NCBI GenBank assembly: GCA_963651605.1
Contig: CAVJQR010000004.1
Coordinates: forward strand, 1 to 35,979
Direction: 5' to 3'
Origin: Agathobaculum sp.
GTDB lineage: Bacteria > Bacteroidota > Bacteroidia > Bacteroidales > Tannerellaceae
DNA length: 35,979 nt
Shown here: one piece after another, positions 27,278 to 35,979 of the stretch
Position numbering within the stretch: the stretch's first letter is position 1
How the letters are laid out: each line of letters begins with the position of its first letter
Position numbers and translations under genes: made by a program
The notes under the pieces: generated by a model
Told to the model about the DNA's origin: nothing
Seen by the model: the letters and a program-made list of their open reading frames with translations, nothing else
The model's database searches: none

Positions 27278-29851
27278 TCAGAACGTATAGCGGTGCGTAC
27301 CTGCTGCGACGGCGATTGTCTTTCCGCCCACTTTCAGCGTGGCAGAGGAGCCTGTCGGGATGGTGACGGTCAGCTCTATGGCTCCGTTCGCCCGCTTCCA
27401 TTCGCTGCTGATGAACCCACGGACAGAGTGATAGCTGCCTTTGGCCCACTCCAATCCTTCGGCGAAGTGGGGCGTGAGGAGGATATGCTCAAAGCTCGGA
27501 TGCGCTTCGTCGTAGTTGATGCCCGCCAGGCGGTTCATCATCCATGCAGAGATGTCGCCCATAAAGACATGGTTGAGGGAGGCATCTTGAAACTTCGGAC
27601 TCAGTGTCCACGTCTCGGGCAGGGTAGTGTATCCCATTGTCTCCACCCAATAGCCCCATGATGGTGCTTCGCGCTTCGTCATCATCTTCATCACATCTTC
27701 AAGATAGCCGTATTGTGCCAGCATGGCCGGCACTGTTTTGCTGCCGATCAGCCCGAAGTCGAGGAAGTAGTTGTTGTCGGCCACCCGCTGGTGTAGTGCG
27801 TTGGCCACTGCCTGCTCCTTCCCGTTCGGCACCAGACCGAGGTAGAGCGCCAGTGCTTGTGCTGCTTGCGTCCCTTCGGCATAGGTAGCCGTTTCGGCAT
27901 GGAAGAATTTTTGGTTGATCAAAGCCTTCAGCGTCTCGGCCTTCTCCTCGTAGGGTTTTGGATCCTTGCCCAGCAGCGAGGCGAAGCGTGCCATCAGGCA
28001 GTTGTCCAAATAGTAGTAGGCCGTCGACGTATATTCGTTGTTGGTCGTTGCCTTCCAATAGACCCAGTCGCTCAAGCCATAGGTCAGGTATCCGTCTATC
28101 TCTTTCGTTTTCAGGTAATCCAAATAGCGCTCCATCGTGGGGTACAGCTTCTCGATACTGCGCGTCGTGCCATAATAATTGTAGAGCGCATTGGGGATGA
28201 TGAACATCACTGCATCCCACACCGGGCCGGGAAAGTCGCCATAGCCCCATCCGCTCGAGGGAATGATGCCGGCAATGTCGCCCGCCTCCCGTTGGTTGTC
28301 GATGATGTCGTCCATCCATTTCTCATATAGCTTGATGCCGTCGAAGCCCAACAGTCCGAGGTCGATGGCGATATGGGCATCGGCCGTCCATCCGTTCTTC
28401 TCGCGTTGGGGGCAGTCGGTCGGGATGCTGTGCAGATTGCTGCGGTAGGCCTGCATTGTGGCATCCCATATCTTGTTGAGCATCTCGTCGGAGCAGGAGA
28501 AGCTTCCCACGGGGGCAATGTCGGTGTGCAGGAAGAGGGCGGTCACGCTCTCTTCGGTCAAGTCCACAGGACGGTCACTCTCCACCTCGACATATTGGAA
28601 GCCGTGATAGGAGAACGACGGAATCCATGTCTCTTCTGTCGAGTCGCCCCGCAGTGTATATTCATCCATTTGGAACACCTCGCCCGGCTTGACGGGGTGG
28701 TAGTAGACGTTGATGTTGCCCTGCTCCAGACGTCCATTGCCTTTGAGCAGCTCGCCGTGCTTGAGGGTGATGTGTGTGCCCGCCTCACCTTTGACCTTCA
28801 GCCGGCAGAGCCCTGCCAGGTTCTTGTCGAACGCATAGAGATAGAGGCGGTCGCTGAACTTCGTCATCGAGCGGGGGCGCAGCGTGTCGGTGGCATGGAT
28901 GCCGGGCATCTCCTGAGCCGTGAGGAGGGGCGAGGGGGCTGTCACGGTGCGGGCTGTCTCCCAACTGCTGTCGTCAAACGCCGTTGTCTTCCATCCTGTC
29001 GGCTCCAGCCGTGCGTCGTAGCGGTCGCCGCTGTAGATATTGTTGTAGGTATAGGGGCCACAGGCGGTGCGCCAGCTGCCGTCGGAGGCAACGGTTTCGG
29101 TCGTGCCGTCATCGTAGGTGATCTTCAGCTCGGCCAGCAGACGCGGACGGTCTCTCCAACGGGCCTCGTGGAAGTTCCACACGGCCACCGACTGCTCGTT
29201 ATACCATCCGTTGCCCAGCACGGCCGACAGCACATTGTCGCCATCGGCTATCAGGGCTGTCACATCGTGCGTCACGTAGAGATTGCGCTTGTCGAAGTGG
29301 GTATAGCCCGGGTCGAGGAAGTTGTTGCCCACGCGTGTGCCGTTGATGAACAGCTCGTAGTAGCCGGCTGCCGACACATAGAGGCGGGCGCTGCGGATAG
29401 GCTTCGTGGCAGTGAATGCCTTGCGTAGCATCGGCGCCGGTTCGTAGTCTGCATCGTGGCTGTCAGTGATCCACTGCGCCTGCCAGTCGTCGGCCGTCAT
29501 TTTGGCCGTCTCGAACCAGGTTGTTTCGGAGGGGTTGCATCGCCGCCCGTCCTCTCCGTAAACGGTCACATTCCAGTAGTAGCGCGTTTCGGGTTGCAGC
29601 ACCATCCCTTCTTGATAGGGTGCCAATCGATCGGGCGAAGTGCCGATACGGATCTCGTGGCGGGCAGGGTGAAACGTGGAATCTTCTCCCGCATACTCCC
29701 ACGTGAAACGAGGGGCGGTTGTCTCCAACCCGATGGGGCAAGTGGTATACTCCGTGCGTAGATGAATCGGTGTGATGGTCTCGTTTGGTTCAATGCAGCC
29801 GGTGAAAAGCGCTGCACTTACCATCGAGGCATATAGCCATGTTGTCTTCAT
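27278..29851 (-). CDS. GH78 alpha-L-rhamnosidase, probable lipoprotein
   Basis: Start MKTTWL with lipobox FTGC; LRTEY..P.G....PRFTW, ARLYVSAAGYYE, FSYHGFQYVEV, PTDCPQREKNGWTAD, TTLPETW and SLNH motifs. Confidence 0.9.
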   Translation of the reverse strand: MKTTWLYASMVSAALFTGCIEPNETITPIHLRTEYTTCPIGLETTAPRFTWEYAGEDSTFHPARHEIRIGTSPDRLAPYQEGMVLQPETRYYWNVTVYGEDGRRCNPSETTWFETAKMTADDWQAQWITDSHDADYEPAPMLRKAFTATKPIRSARLYVSAAGYYELFINGTRVGNNFLDPGYTHFDKRNLYVTHDVTALIADGDNVLSAVLGNGWYNEQSVAVWNFHEARWRDRPRLLAELKITYDDGTTETVASDGSWRTACGPYTYNNIYSGDRYDARLEPTGWKTTAFDDSSWETARTVTAPSPLLTAQEMPGIHATDTLRPRSMTKFSDRLYLYAFDKNLAGLCRLKVKGEAGTHITLKHGELLKGNGRLEQGNINVYYHPVKPGEVFQMDEYTLRGDSTEETWIPSFSYHGFQYVEVESDRPVDLTEESVTALFLHTDIAPVGSFSCSDEMLNKIWDATMQAYRSNLHSIPTDCPQREKNGWTADAHIAIDLGLLGFDGIKLYEKWMDDIIDNQREAGDIAGIIPSSGWGYGDFPGPVWDAVMFIIPNALYNYYGTTRSIEKLYPTMERYLDYLKTKEIDGYLTYGLSDWVYWKATTNNEYTSTAYYYLDNCLMARFASLLGKDPKPYEEKAETLKALINQKFFHAETATYAEGTQAAQALALYLGLVPNGKEQAVANALHQRVADNNYFLDFGLIGSKTVPAMLAQYGYLEDVMKMMTKREAPSWGYWVETMGYTTLPETWTLSPKFQDASLNHVFMGDISAWMMNRLAGINYDEAHPSFEHILLTPHFAEGLEWAKGSYHSVRGFISSEWKRANGAIELTVTIPTGSSATLKVGGKTIAVAAGTHRYTF

Positions 29852-29975
29852 GATTGCGTGTTTTTCTTTATAAATCCAATTGAGAGGTAAAGATACTACT
29901 TTTCTTGAAAACAAGCAATGGCGAAGTCGATATTCTTTTTTTACCTGCGAAGAGCTCCGCAAGTGTTGCACCCCT

Positions 29976-30665
29976 TTAGATGTTTCGGATCTTGAAGATG
30001 TTGTACGAGATGCCGTTGTCGTAAGCATCCGCTTGCTCGTGTCGCTTCAGATAGTTTACGATGGAGAGGGTCAGTGGCAATACCACTACCTCGTAGGCGG
30101 TCTTCAAGACAATCTGCCAGAGCATGAGTTTCGGCAGTTCGCCGGCAGGGACAATGCCCCCCAACGCCAACGGGAAGAAGATGAACGAGTCGATGCTTTC
30201 GCCGGCTATGGTGCTCACGATCGCACGCAGGGAGAAATGCTTGCCGCGGCTGGCTATCTTCATCCGACTCATCACATAGGCATTGGCAAATGATCCGCAG
30301 ATGAAGGCGATGAACGAAGCTATGGCGATGCGCGGAGCCAGTCCGAAGATGGCATGAAACCCTTCGTCGTTCGTCCAATAGTCGGCCCCGGGGATGGCGT
30401 CGCACAGTGCACCGAGCAGCACGAAGAAGAAGTTCATCGCAAAGCCCAACCATATCAGCAGGCGCGCCTTGCGGTAGCCCCACACCTCACACACGCAGTC
30501 ATTGATGATGTAGCTTATCGGGAAGACTATCAGACCGCCCGTCAGCGAGATGGGACCCACGGCTATCTGCTTCGTCTCCAAAACGTTTGCCGCAATGAGG
30601 CAGACCGAGAAGAGAATGCTGAAAAACATAAACAATACACTCACCTGTTGCTTCTTTTCACTCAT
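29976..30665 (-). CDS. yhhQ: Queuosine precursor transporter (YhhQ/VUT family)
   Basis: ANVLETKQ, FPISYIINDCVCEVWGY, APRIAIASFIAF and RAIVST..GE..DS..F motifs. Start is 30665 or 30677, downstream of a TATCTTTG box at 30701-30708. Confidence 0.9.
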   Translation of the reverse strand: MSEKKQQVSVLFMFFSILFSVCLIAANVLETKQIAVGPISLTGGLIVFPISYIINDCVCEVWGYRKARLLIWLGFAMNFFFVLLGALCDAIPGADYWTNDEGFHAIFGLAPRIAIASFIAFICGSFANAYVMSRMKIASRGKHFSLRAIVSTIAGESIDSFIFFPLALGGIVPAGELPKLMLWQIVLKTAYEVVVLPLTLSIVNYLKRHEQADAYDNGISYNIFKIRNI

Positions 30666-30700
30666 TTCCGTTTGCATTATAATAATATCGAACCAAGGCA

Positions 30701-30708
30701 CAAAGATA
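30701..30708 (-). promoter_or_regulatory. -7 promoter box (TATCTTTG) for yhhQ
   Basis: TAnnTTTG on the minus strand 23-35 nt upstream of the candidate ATGs. Confidence 0.6.
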
Positions 30709-30831
30709 CACTTTTCTTGTGTTATTGCCAAAAGTGTGGAAAGGAGAAGGAGAGAGATGGGGCCTTTGTGCGAAAAAACGGCAATGTCGGTTAGAATGTT
30801 CCAATTGATATTTTTTACAAGTGTAGAGTTT

Positions 30832-30949
30832 TGAAAAAGTTTCTCGGCACAAAACTGCAGTTTGTTCGGGACAAAACTCGAGTTCATTCGGGAGTAAACT
30901 GTAGTTTTCTCCGCAGAAAACTACAGTTAGCCCCCGAGAAACTTTTTCA
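30832..30949 (-). repeat. Modular 22-bp-period repeat, copy 3 (4 units, 118 bp, inverted relative to copies 1 and 2)
   Basis: Plus strand: TGAAAAAGTTTCTCGG-CACA-AAACTGCAGTTT-GTTCGGGACA-AAACTCGAGTTC-ATTCGGGAGT-AAACTGTAGTTT-TCTCCGCAGA-AAACTACAGTTA-GCCC-CCGAGAAACTTTTTCA; perfect 16-bp terminal IR. Confidence 0.9.
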
Positions 30950-30989
30950 ATGATCGGATCTTTTGTCTCTTTTTCCCCTCATCCTATAC

Positions 30990-32747
30990 CTACTCCTTCA
31001 AGACGTTAACGCCGGCGGGTGCTTGTATATCGGAGTGGATAGATCCGTCAGACTGTTTGGTATGTCGTATCTTGACGATGCCTTGTGGCGTAGGGAAGGT
31101 GCCTTCGGCCCAGTCGAGATCGCCCAAATGGGGTATGATACGTATGGTTGTGGCACCGGGACTGACAACTTCGACGCCGAGCACATGGCGAGTGAGCCAC
31201 GAGGTTGGACCCGATGCCCATCCGTGGCAGAGGCTGTGGCGGAAACCTTTATAGCAGTAAGCGCCATAGTCGCGGTGCACATCGTGTTTGCCGGCGGGTG
31301 TCAGTTCGTCGATGCGGCCGGCGTTGTCCATCCAGTCGAGGTTGAAATCCTCCCAGAAGGTGGTGGCACCGAGGTCGAGCATACCACCCCAGAAGGAGCG
31401 AATCTGGTCGAGTGCCCCTTGATAGTTGCCCGCCTTAGCCATGGCTTGCAGCATATAGTAACCATAGAAAGTGGAGTAGCCATGCGCGCCATCGACGGCG
31501 ATGTATCGCTCTGCTGCCTCACGGGCATCCATCAGTCCGGCGAGGCTCATGAGGGCGGCTGCCTGCTTCATGCCTGGTGCGGTGGGTGCTTTCTTGAGCT
31601 GCAAGAAGGGGCGGGTCACATCGGGCGCACCTTGCTTCAGCAGGGTCGCTTTCTTCTGACATTGAAGGGCAAGCGGTTCGTTGCCAAGAATCGTACAGAG
31701 TTGCTCGCCCGCCTCCATGGCCAATAGCATCAGTGCCTGCAGTCCTGCATCGAGTGCCTCTTTGTTCTCGCTCGATGGCCAGTCGAGAAAGCGGCCGTCG
31801 GTGAGCTGTTCGTGGCCTTTGGCATCGATATGTTCCATCAGCAGCTGCAGCAATCCCGTGATATAGTCTTGTTGGAGTTTCAGATAATTCAAATCGCCCT
31901 GGTAGGTATACCAATCGCGTTGGATCAGGAGCCACCAAATGGAGTAGGGGCTCATGCCGCTCATCCAGTGGGGTAGCGGTGTGATGTCGCGCGCCAGGTC
32001 GAGGCTTTTGGGGATCACCTCGTTGTAGCCGAACACGGCACTGACGGTCATCACCTCGGGATGGAGATCTCCTATCCACACGAGACGGTCGCGTTTGATG
32101 CCGTCCCAAATATACTCCTGCATATTGAGGTGGACGGTATAGGCACCTGTCTGCCAAATGGCGTTCAGCCGCGGGTCGCTGCAGGCGAACGATCCCTTGT
32201 AGGGGATGTCACGATAGACGGAGACGGCGCTCACCTCCTTCAGATGGAGATCGAGCGTGTCGTCGAGCAGGTCGATACGGGCAAAGCGAAAGCCGGAGTT
32301 GCCCACCTCGGTGACGCCCAACCAAGGCACGGCGATGGTCATGTCGCGCAAGGCGTGATCGTTGGTGGCACCGTTCGTGCCGTCGATGTCGCACATCGCT
32401 TCGCTGACGGATTCGCCGAGGCGCACACGGAGTCGGACGGGAGTATGGCTGGAGGGCATGCCGGTTACCAGCCGAATGCCACCCTGCAGCTCACGACCAA
32501 AGTCGATCAGGAGGGCGGGGTGCTTGCCGGGTGCTCCTTTCCAGACAGACATATATCGGTTGGTGAGGTCGGCTTGTCCGTTGCCGGGCTTCAAAAGATG
32601 CTCAGCTCCGGTGATTTGAGTACTGTCTTGTTGCCACACGATGCGGGTAGGGGCGATATATTCTCGGACACGATGGTCCTGCTGTTGGGCACCGGCAAAG
32701 AATGTTACGAGCATGGCCGCCGCCGTCAGTGCAAAGTTTCTTCTCAT
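30990..32747 (-). CDS. GH78-like alpha-L-rhamnosidase (short form)
   Basis: Signal peptide; IDFGREL.G, GFRF, GSFACSDPRLNAIW, WDGIKRDRLVWIGD, GATTFWE and SLCHGWASGP motifs; immediately downstream of rhaT. Confidence 0.85.
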   Translation of the reverse strand: MRRNFALTAAAMLVTFFAGAQQQDHRVREYIAPTRIVWQQDSTQITGAEHLLKPGNGQADLTNRYMSVWKGAPGKHPALLIDFGRELQGGIRLVTGMPSSHTPVRLRVRLGESVSEAMCDIDGTNGATNDHALRDMTIAVPWLGVTEVGNSGFRFARIDLLDDTLDLHLKEVSAVSVYRDIPYKGSFACSDPRLNAIWQTGAYTVHLNMQEYIWDGIKRDRLVWIGDLHPEVMTVSAVFGYNEVIPKSLDLARDITPLPHWMSGMSPYSIWWLLIQRDWYTYQGDLNYLKLQQDYITGLLQLLMEHIDAKGHEQLTDGRFLDWPSSENKEALDAGLQALMLLAMEAGEQLCTILGNEPLALQCQKKATLLKQGAPDVTRPFLQLKKAPTAPGMKQAAALMSLAGLMDAREAAERYIAVDGAHGYSTFYGYYMLQAMAKAGNYQGALDQIRSFWGGMLDLGATTFWEDFNLDWMDNAGRIDELTPAGKHDVHRDYGAYCYKGFRHSLCHGWASGPTSWLTRHVLGVEVVSPGATTIRIIPHLGDLDWAEGTFPTPQGIVKIRHTKQSDGSIHSDIQAPAGVNVLKE

Positions 32748-32761
32748 CTTTTATGCATGGG

Positions 32762-33784
32762 TTATAAGTTTGGGTATATGAGGGAGAGAATCAGTACGCA
32801 AAGGCCGACAATCAACACGATGACGGTCTTTTGGCTGACGCCCTTCCACTCTTTCAGGAGAATGCCCCACACGTTGCTGAAGATGACATTGAGCGACATG
32901 AGGATGCTCCACGAAAAGGCCATCATGACGGGCGAATCGGTGAAGAAGCTCTTGCCCATGCCGAGCCCGAAGAACTGCGAATACCACAACACGCCGGCAA
33001 GGGCGCAGAACAACAGGTTGTTGATCCAAACACTTCCAGGGGTGGAGGTGTAGTCTTTCAACGTATGGTTGCGCACGTTCCGAAAGAGGCAGTAGAGAGC
33101 ATTGGTAAGGAAGCCGCCGATGGTTACCAGTAGGATGACGGGGTTCAGTGCAAATAGGTCGCTCGCCCCCCGTTCGCGTACATACTCCCGGATGGGGGTA
33201 CCGGCCTCGAGTCCGAGGTTGAAGCAGGCACTCATCACGCCCGCCAGTAATGCTACGGCCAGTCCCTTGGTGAGGGCAAAGTCTTTGATGGCGGCCCGTT
33301 TCTCCTCTTCGCTCATGTTCCGGGCCCGTAGACTGCCGGCATAGCCGATGATGGCAATGCCCGCCAGCATGATGCATACGCCGATGAGCAGCACCAGTCC
33401 GTCGCCATGCAACAAATCCTCGCCACCCAACAGGGCGGGGAAGAGAGTGCCGAACGCCGAGCAGGTGCCGAGGGCGATGCTCTGGCCCAAAGCCACGCCG
33501 AGATAGCGCATGCTCAATCCGAAGGTGAGGCCGCCGACACCCCATAGGATGCCGTAGGTGATGGCACTAAGGCTGCCCTCCATACCGAACAGTTCGCCGA
33601 GCGTTACACCCGACGGGAGAGCCAACAGGGCACCCAACAAGGGGAAGATGAGCCAGGCGAAGATGCCCTGTACGAGCCAGTAACTCTCCCAGCTCCACGC
33701 CTTGACGCGATTGATCGGGACATACGAACTGCTTTGGCCGAAGCTCCCGATCGCTATAATGATCAATCCGATGATGATTTCCAT
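32762..33784 (-). CDS. rhaT: L-rhamnose/proton symporter
   Basis: 340 aa, about 10 TM segments; S.YVP...VK.WSWESYW, LWGVGGLTFGLSMRYLG..LG and WGILLKEWKG motifs. Confidence 0.93.
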   Translation of the reverse strand: MEIIIGLIIIAIGSFGQSSSYVPINRVKAWSWESYWLVQGIFAWLIFPLLGALLALPSGVTLGELFGMEGSLSAITYGILWGVGGLTFGLSMRYLGVALGQSIALGTCSAFGTLFPALLGGEDLLHGDGLVLLIGVCIMLAGIAIIGYAGSLRARNMSEEEKRAAIKDFALTKGLAVALLAGVMSACFNLGLEAGTPIREYVRERGASDLFALNPVILLVTIGGFLTNALYCLFRNVRNHTLKDYTSTPGSVWINNLLFCALAGVLWYSQFFGLGMGKSFFTDSPVMMAFSWSILMSLNVIFSNVWGILLKEWKGVSQKTVIVLIVGLCVLILSLIYPNL

Positions 33785-33853
33785 AGGTATTTTGTTTTAG
33801 GGGTGCCTCTTCCGAAAAAGAGCCGGAAGGGGCACTGTTGAGAATGAAGGGGG

Positions 33854-35113
33854 TTATCCGCGTCGGCTGGTTACGGCAGCTTCGTAGGCTTCGATCTCGT
33901 GGATGAAATCAGTCCCTACCGGTACGTTGTTACGCGCACAGAACATGTCCCACACGGCATTCCACGGCAGACTCTTGGCCTCTTCCTGCAGGGCCAGACG
34001 CTGGAAGAGTTGGTCGTTCTCTTCGTAGGCCATGAGCCGGTCATGAGGTTCCAACAAGGCCTGCAGCAGGGCTTTCTGTGTAGCTCGGATACCGATGACA
34101 TAAGCACCGATGCGGTTGATCGTGGCGTCGAAATAGTCGAGGCCGATATGGACACGGTCGAGGGCCTGACAGCGTACGAGTTCGCGCGAGAGGTCGGTCA
34201 GCTCGTCGTTGAGAATCACGACATGGTCGCTGTCCCAACGGATCGGTCGGCTGACGTGCAGCATGATCTCGGGTGTGAAGAGTAGCAGGCAGGATATCTT
34301 GTCGGCCACACTCTCGGTCAGGTGGAAGTGACCGGTGTCGAGCGTCACCATCTTCTGGTGCTTCACTCCATAGCCGAGGTAAAAATCATAAGAGCCGACG
34401 GTGTAGCTCTCCAGTCCGATGCCGAACAGCTTGGCCTCGATACAGTCTTTCATGTGCTTGTATTCCGTGGCGAAGATCTCGTCGAGCGACTGCTCTAGGA
34501 GTTGACGATAGCGCAGACGGCTGGCGGGTACCTCCTTGCTGCCGTCATGGATCCAAAGGTTCATGATGCAGGGATCATGCTGGAACTTGCCCATCTCGTC
34601 GCTGATCCAACGGCAGCGCTCGGTGTGCTCGATCCAGAAGCGGCGGATGGATTCATCGGGGTTGGCGAGCGTCAGATTGCCGCTCTTGGGGTGGGAGAAG
34701 GAGGTACTGTTGAAGTCGAGCTTCAATCCGTTTTCGGCAGCCCACTGCATCCAGCTGGTGAAGTGGCAGGGCTCGATCTCGTTGCGGTCCACCACCTTCC
34801 CGCCGAAGTCGCCATAGATGGCATGGAGGTTGAAACGATGCTTGCCGGGGATCAGTGAGGTGACCTTCAGAACGTCGGCGCGTACCTCATCGATGGTGCG
34901 GGCTCTGCCGGGGTAGTTGCCTGTCACCTGTATGCCGCCCGTCAGTGATCCGCCGAGGTTCTCGAATCCTCTGACGTCGTCCGTCTGCCAGCAGTGAAGC
35001 GAGAGGGCGATCTGTTGTAGGGCCTTCATGGCCTGTTCGGTGTCTACTCCTAAAGTGGCATAGCGCTCTTTGGCAATCTCGTATGCGGTTGTGATGTTCT
35101 TTTCGTTTGTCAT
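33854..35113 (-). CDS. rhaA: L-rhamnose isomerase
   Basis: SLHCWQ.DDV.GFE, TGNYPGRAR, EAKLFGIGLESYTVGS, LDTGHFH, LHVSRPIRWDSDHV and GLDYFDA.INR motifs. Confidence 0.96.
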   Translation of the reverse strand: MTNEKNITTAYEIAKERYATLGVDTEQAMKALQQIALSLHCWQTDDVRGFENLGGSLTGGIQVTGNYPGRARTIDEVRADVLKVTSLIPGKHRFNLHAIYGDFGGKVVDRNEIEPCHFTSWMQWAAENGLKLDFNSTSFSHPKSGNLTLANPDESIRRFWIEHTERCRWISDEMGKFQHDPCIMNLWIHDGSKEVPASRLRYRQLLEQSLDEIFATEYKHMKDCIEAKLFGIGLESYTVGSYDFYLGYGVKHQKMVTLDTGHFHLTESVADKISCLLLFTPEIMLHVSRPIRWDSDHVVILNDELTDLSRELVRCQALDRVHIGLDYFDATINRIGAYVIGIRATQKALLQALLEPHDRLMAYEENDQLFQRLALQEEAKSLPWNAVWDMFCARNNVPVGTDFIHEIEAYEAAVTSRRG

Positions 35114-35139
35114 GGTAGTATCTTTTTATATAATTGTTA

Positions 35140-35979
35140 TTATTGTTTTGATGTTATCTTCATAAACTTGTCGTAAGCCCGATCGTATTCGGCTGCATCG
35201 CCCTCGGGAAGGAAGCTTTTGGGTTGCATACTCGAGACAATCAACCGGCGCATCTCCCAACGGTCGCGCACCAACCCTGCAGAGCGGGCCTGCATCAGTC
35301 CGTTGCCGATAGCAGTTGCTTCGGATGGACCTGCAACGACTTTCAGACGAATGACGTTGGCAATGAGTTGGTTCAACACGTCGTTCTTCGCCCCGCCGCC
35401 GATGATATGGAGTCTTCGTATCGGGAAATCGGCTTTTTCTTGCAGGACATAGAGCACGGTGCGGTAGCTGAAGGCCAGACTCTCGAAGATGCAGCGCACG
35501 TATTGCCCTACCGTCGATGGAGTGGGCTGGCCTGTCTCCTCGCAGTAGCGGGCGATGGCCGCTTGCATGTTGGCGGGGTTTGCAAAGCAGGGGGCATTGG
35601 GATTGACGAAGCTGCGGTAGGCCTCTTCCTTTTGCATCAGCTCGATCAGCTCGCTATAGCTGTAGTCCTTGCCCGCCGCTTTCCACTCGTCCTTGCAACG
35701 TTCCAACAGCCACATGCCGGTGATGTTCTTCAGGAAGCGGATGGTACCATCGATGCCTCCCTCGTTGGTGAAGTTCAGCCGGTAGCTCTCGTCGTTGATG
35801 ATGGGTTGCTCCGATTCGATACCCATCAGGCTCCAAGTGCCACTGCTCAAGTAGGCAAACTCGCGGTCGAGCGTGGGCACTGCAGCTACTGCCGAGGCGG
35901 TATCATGACCGGCAACTGCCACAACGGGCACCGCGCCGACGCCTGTCTCTGCTGCCAATGCCGGCGTGAGGGTCCCCAC
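35140..35979 (-). CDS. rhaB: Rhamnulokinase (C-terminal part; 5' end lies beyond the window)
   Basis: GHDTASAV, YLSSGTWSLMG, NFTNEGG..G..RFLKNITGMW, IIGGG..N and GPSEATAIGN motifs; directly upstream of rhaA. Confidence 0.93.
   Translation of the reverse strand: MGTLTPALAAETGVGAVPVVAVAGHDTASAVAAVPTLDREFAYLSSGTWSLMGIESEQPIINDESYRLNFTNEGGIDGTIRFLKNITGMWLLERCKDEWKAAGKDYSYSELIELMQKEEAYRSFVNPNAPCFANPANMQAAIARYCEETGQPTPSTVGQYVRCIFESLAFSYRTVLYVLQEKADFPIRRLHIIGGGAKNDVLNQLIANVIRLKVVAGPSEATAIGNGLMQARSAGLVRDRWEMRRLIVSSMQPKSFLPEGDAAEYDRAYDKFMKITSKQ

Noticed and set aside
30666..30700. preQ1 riboswitch upstream of yhhQ
   Set aside because: The leader contains GGTTC but no closing P1 stem or AAAAAAC tail, and it is very short.
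30832..30949. Repeat-spacer pattern as a CRISPR array
   Set aside because: Repeats are 12 bp and spacers 10 bp, the spacers resemble one another, the array has terminal IRs, and there are no cas genes.

Overview
Chromosomal backbone of a Bacteroidales bacterium, inferred from TAnnTTTG -7 promoter boxes, A-rich leaders without Shine-Dalgarno sequences and gene content. Left to right: tRNA-Pro(GGG); a MATE-GH20-GH92 operon; dnaX-PAP2; ettA-DUF1080; a cytidylate-kinase-like gene; an AraC regulator divergent from a TolC/HlyD/ABC efflux operon; a tRNA m6A37 methyltransferase; lon; a FadL-like outer-membrane protein; and a rhamnose locus (rhaB partial, rhaA, rhaT, three GH78-type rhamnosidases) interrupted by a YhhQ queuosine-precursor transporter. 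I found no integrase, transposase, phage genes or CRISPR. Two signals are not explained by the gene annotation. (1) A dispersed, modular intergenic repeat family occurs in three copies of exactly 74, 96 and 118 bp. Each has 16-bp terminal inverted repeats enclosing 2, 3 or 4 palindromic AAACTnnAGTTT 12-mers at a strict 22-bp pitch. Two copies bracket the AraC-efflux module, and a fourth palindrome of different sequence has a similar periodicity. (2) An A10 run in dnaX has stop codons right after it in both shifted frames, the signature of programmed gamma-subunit production.
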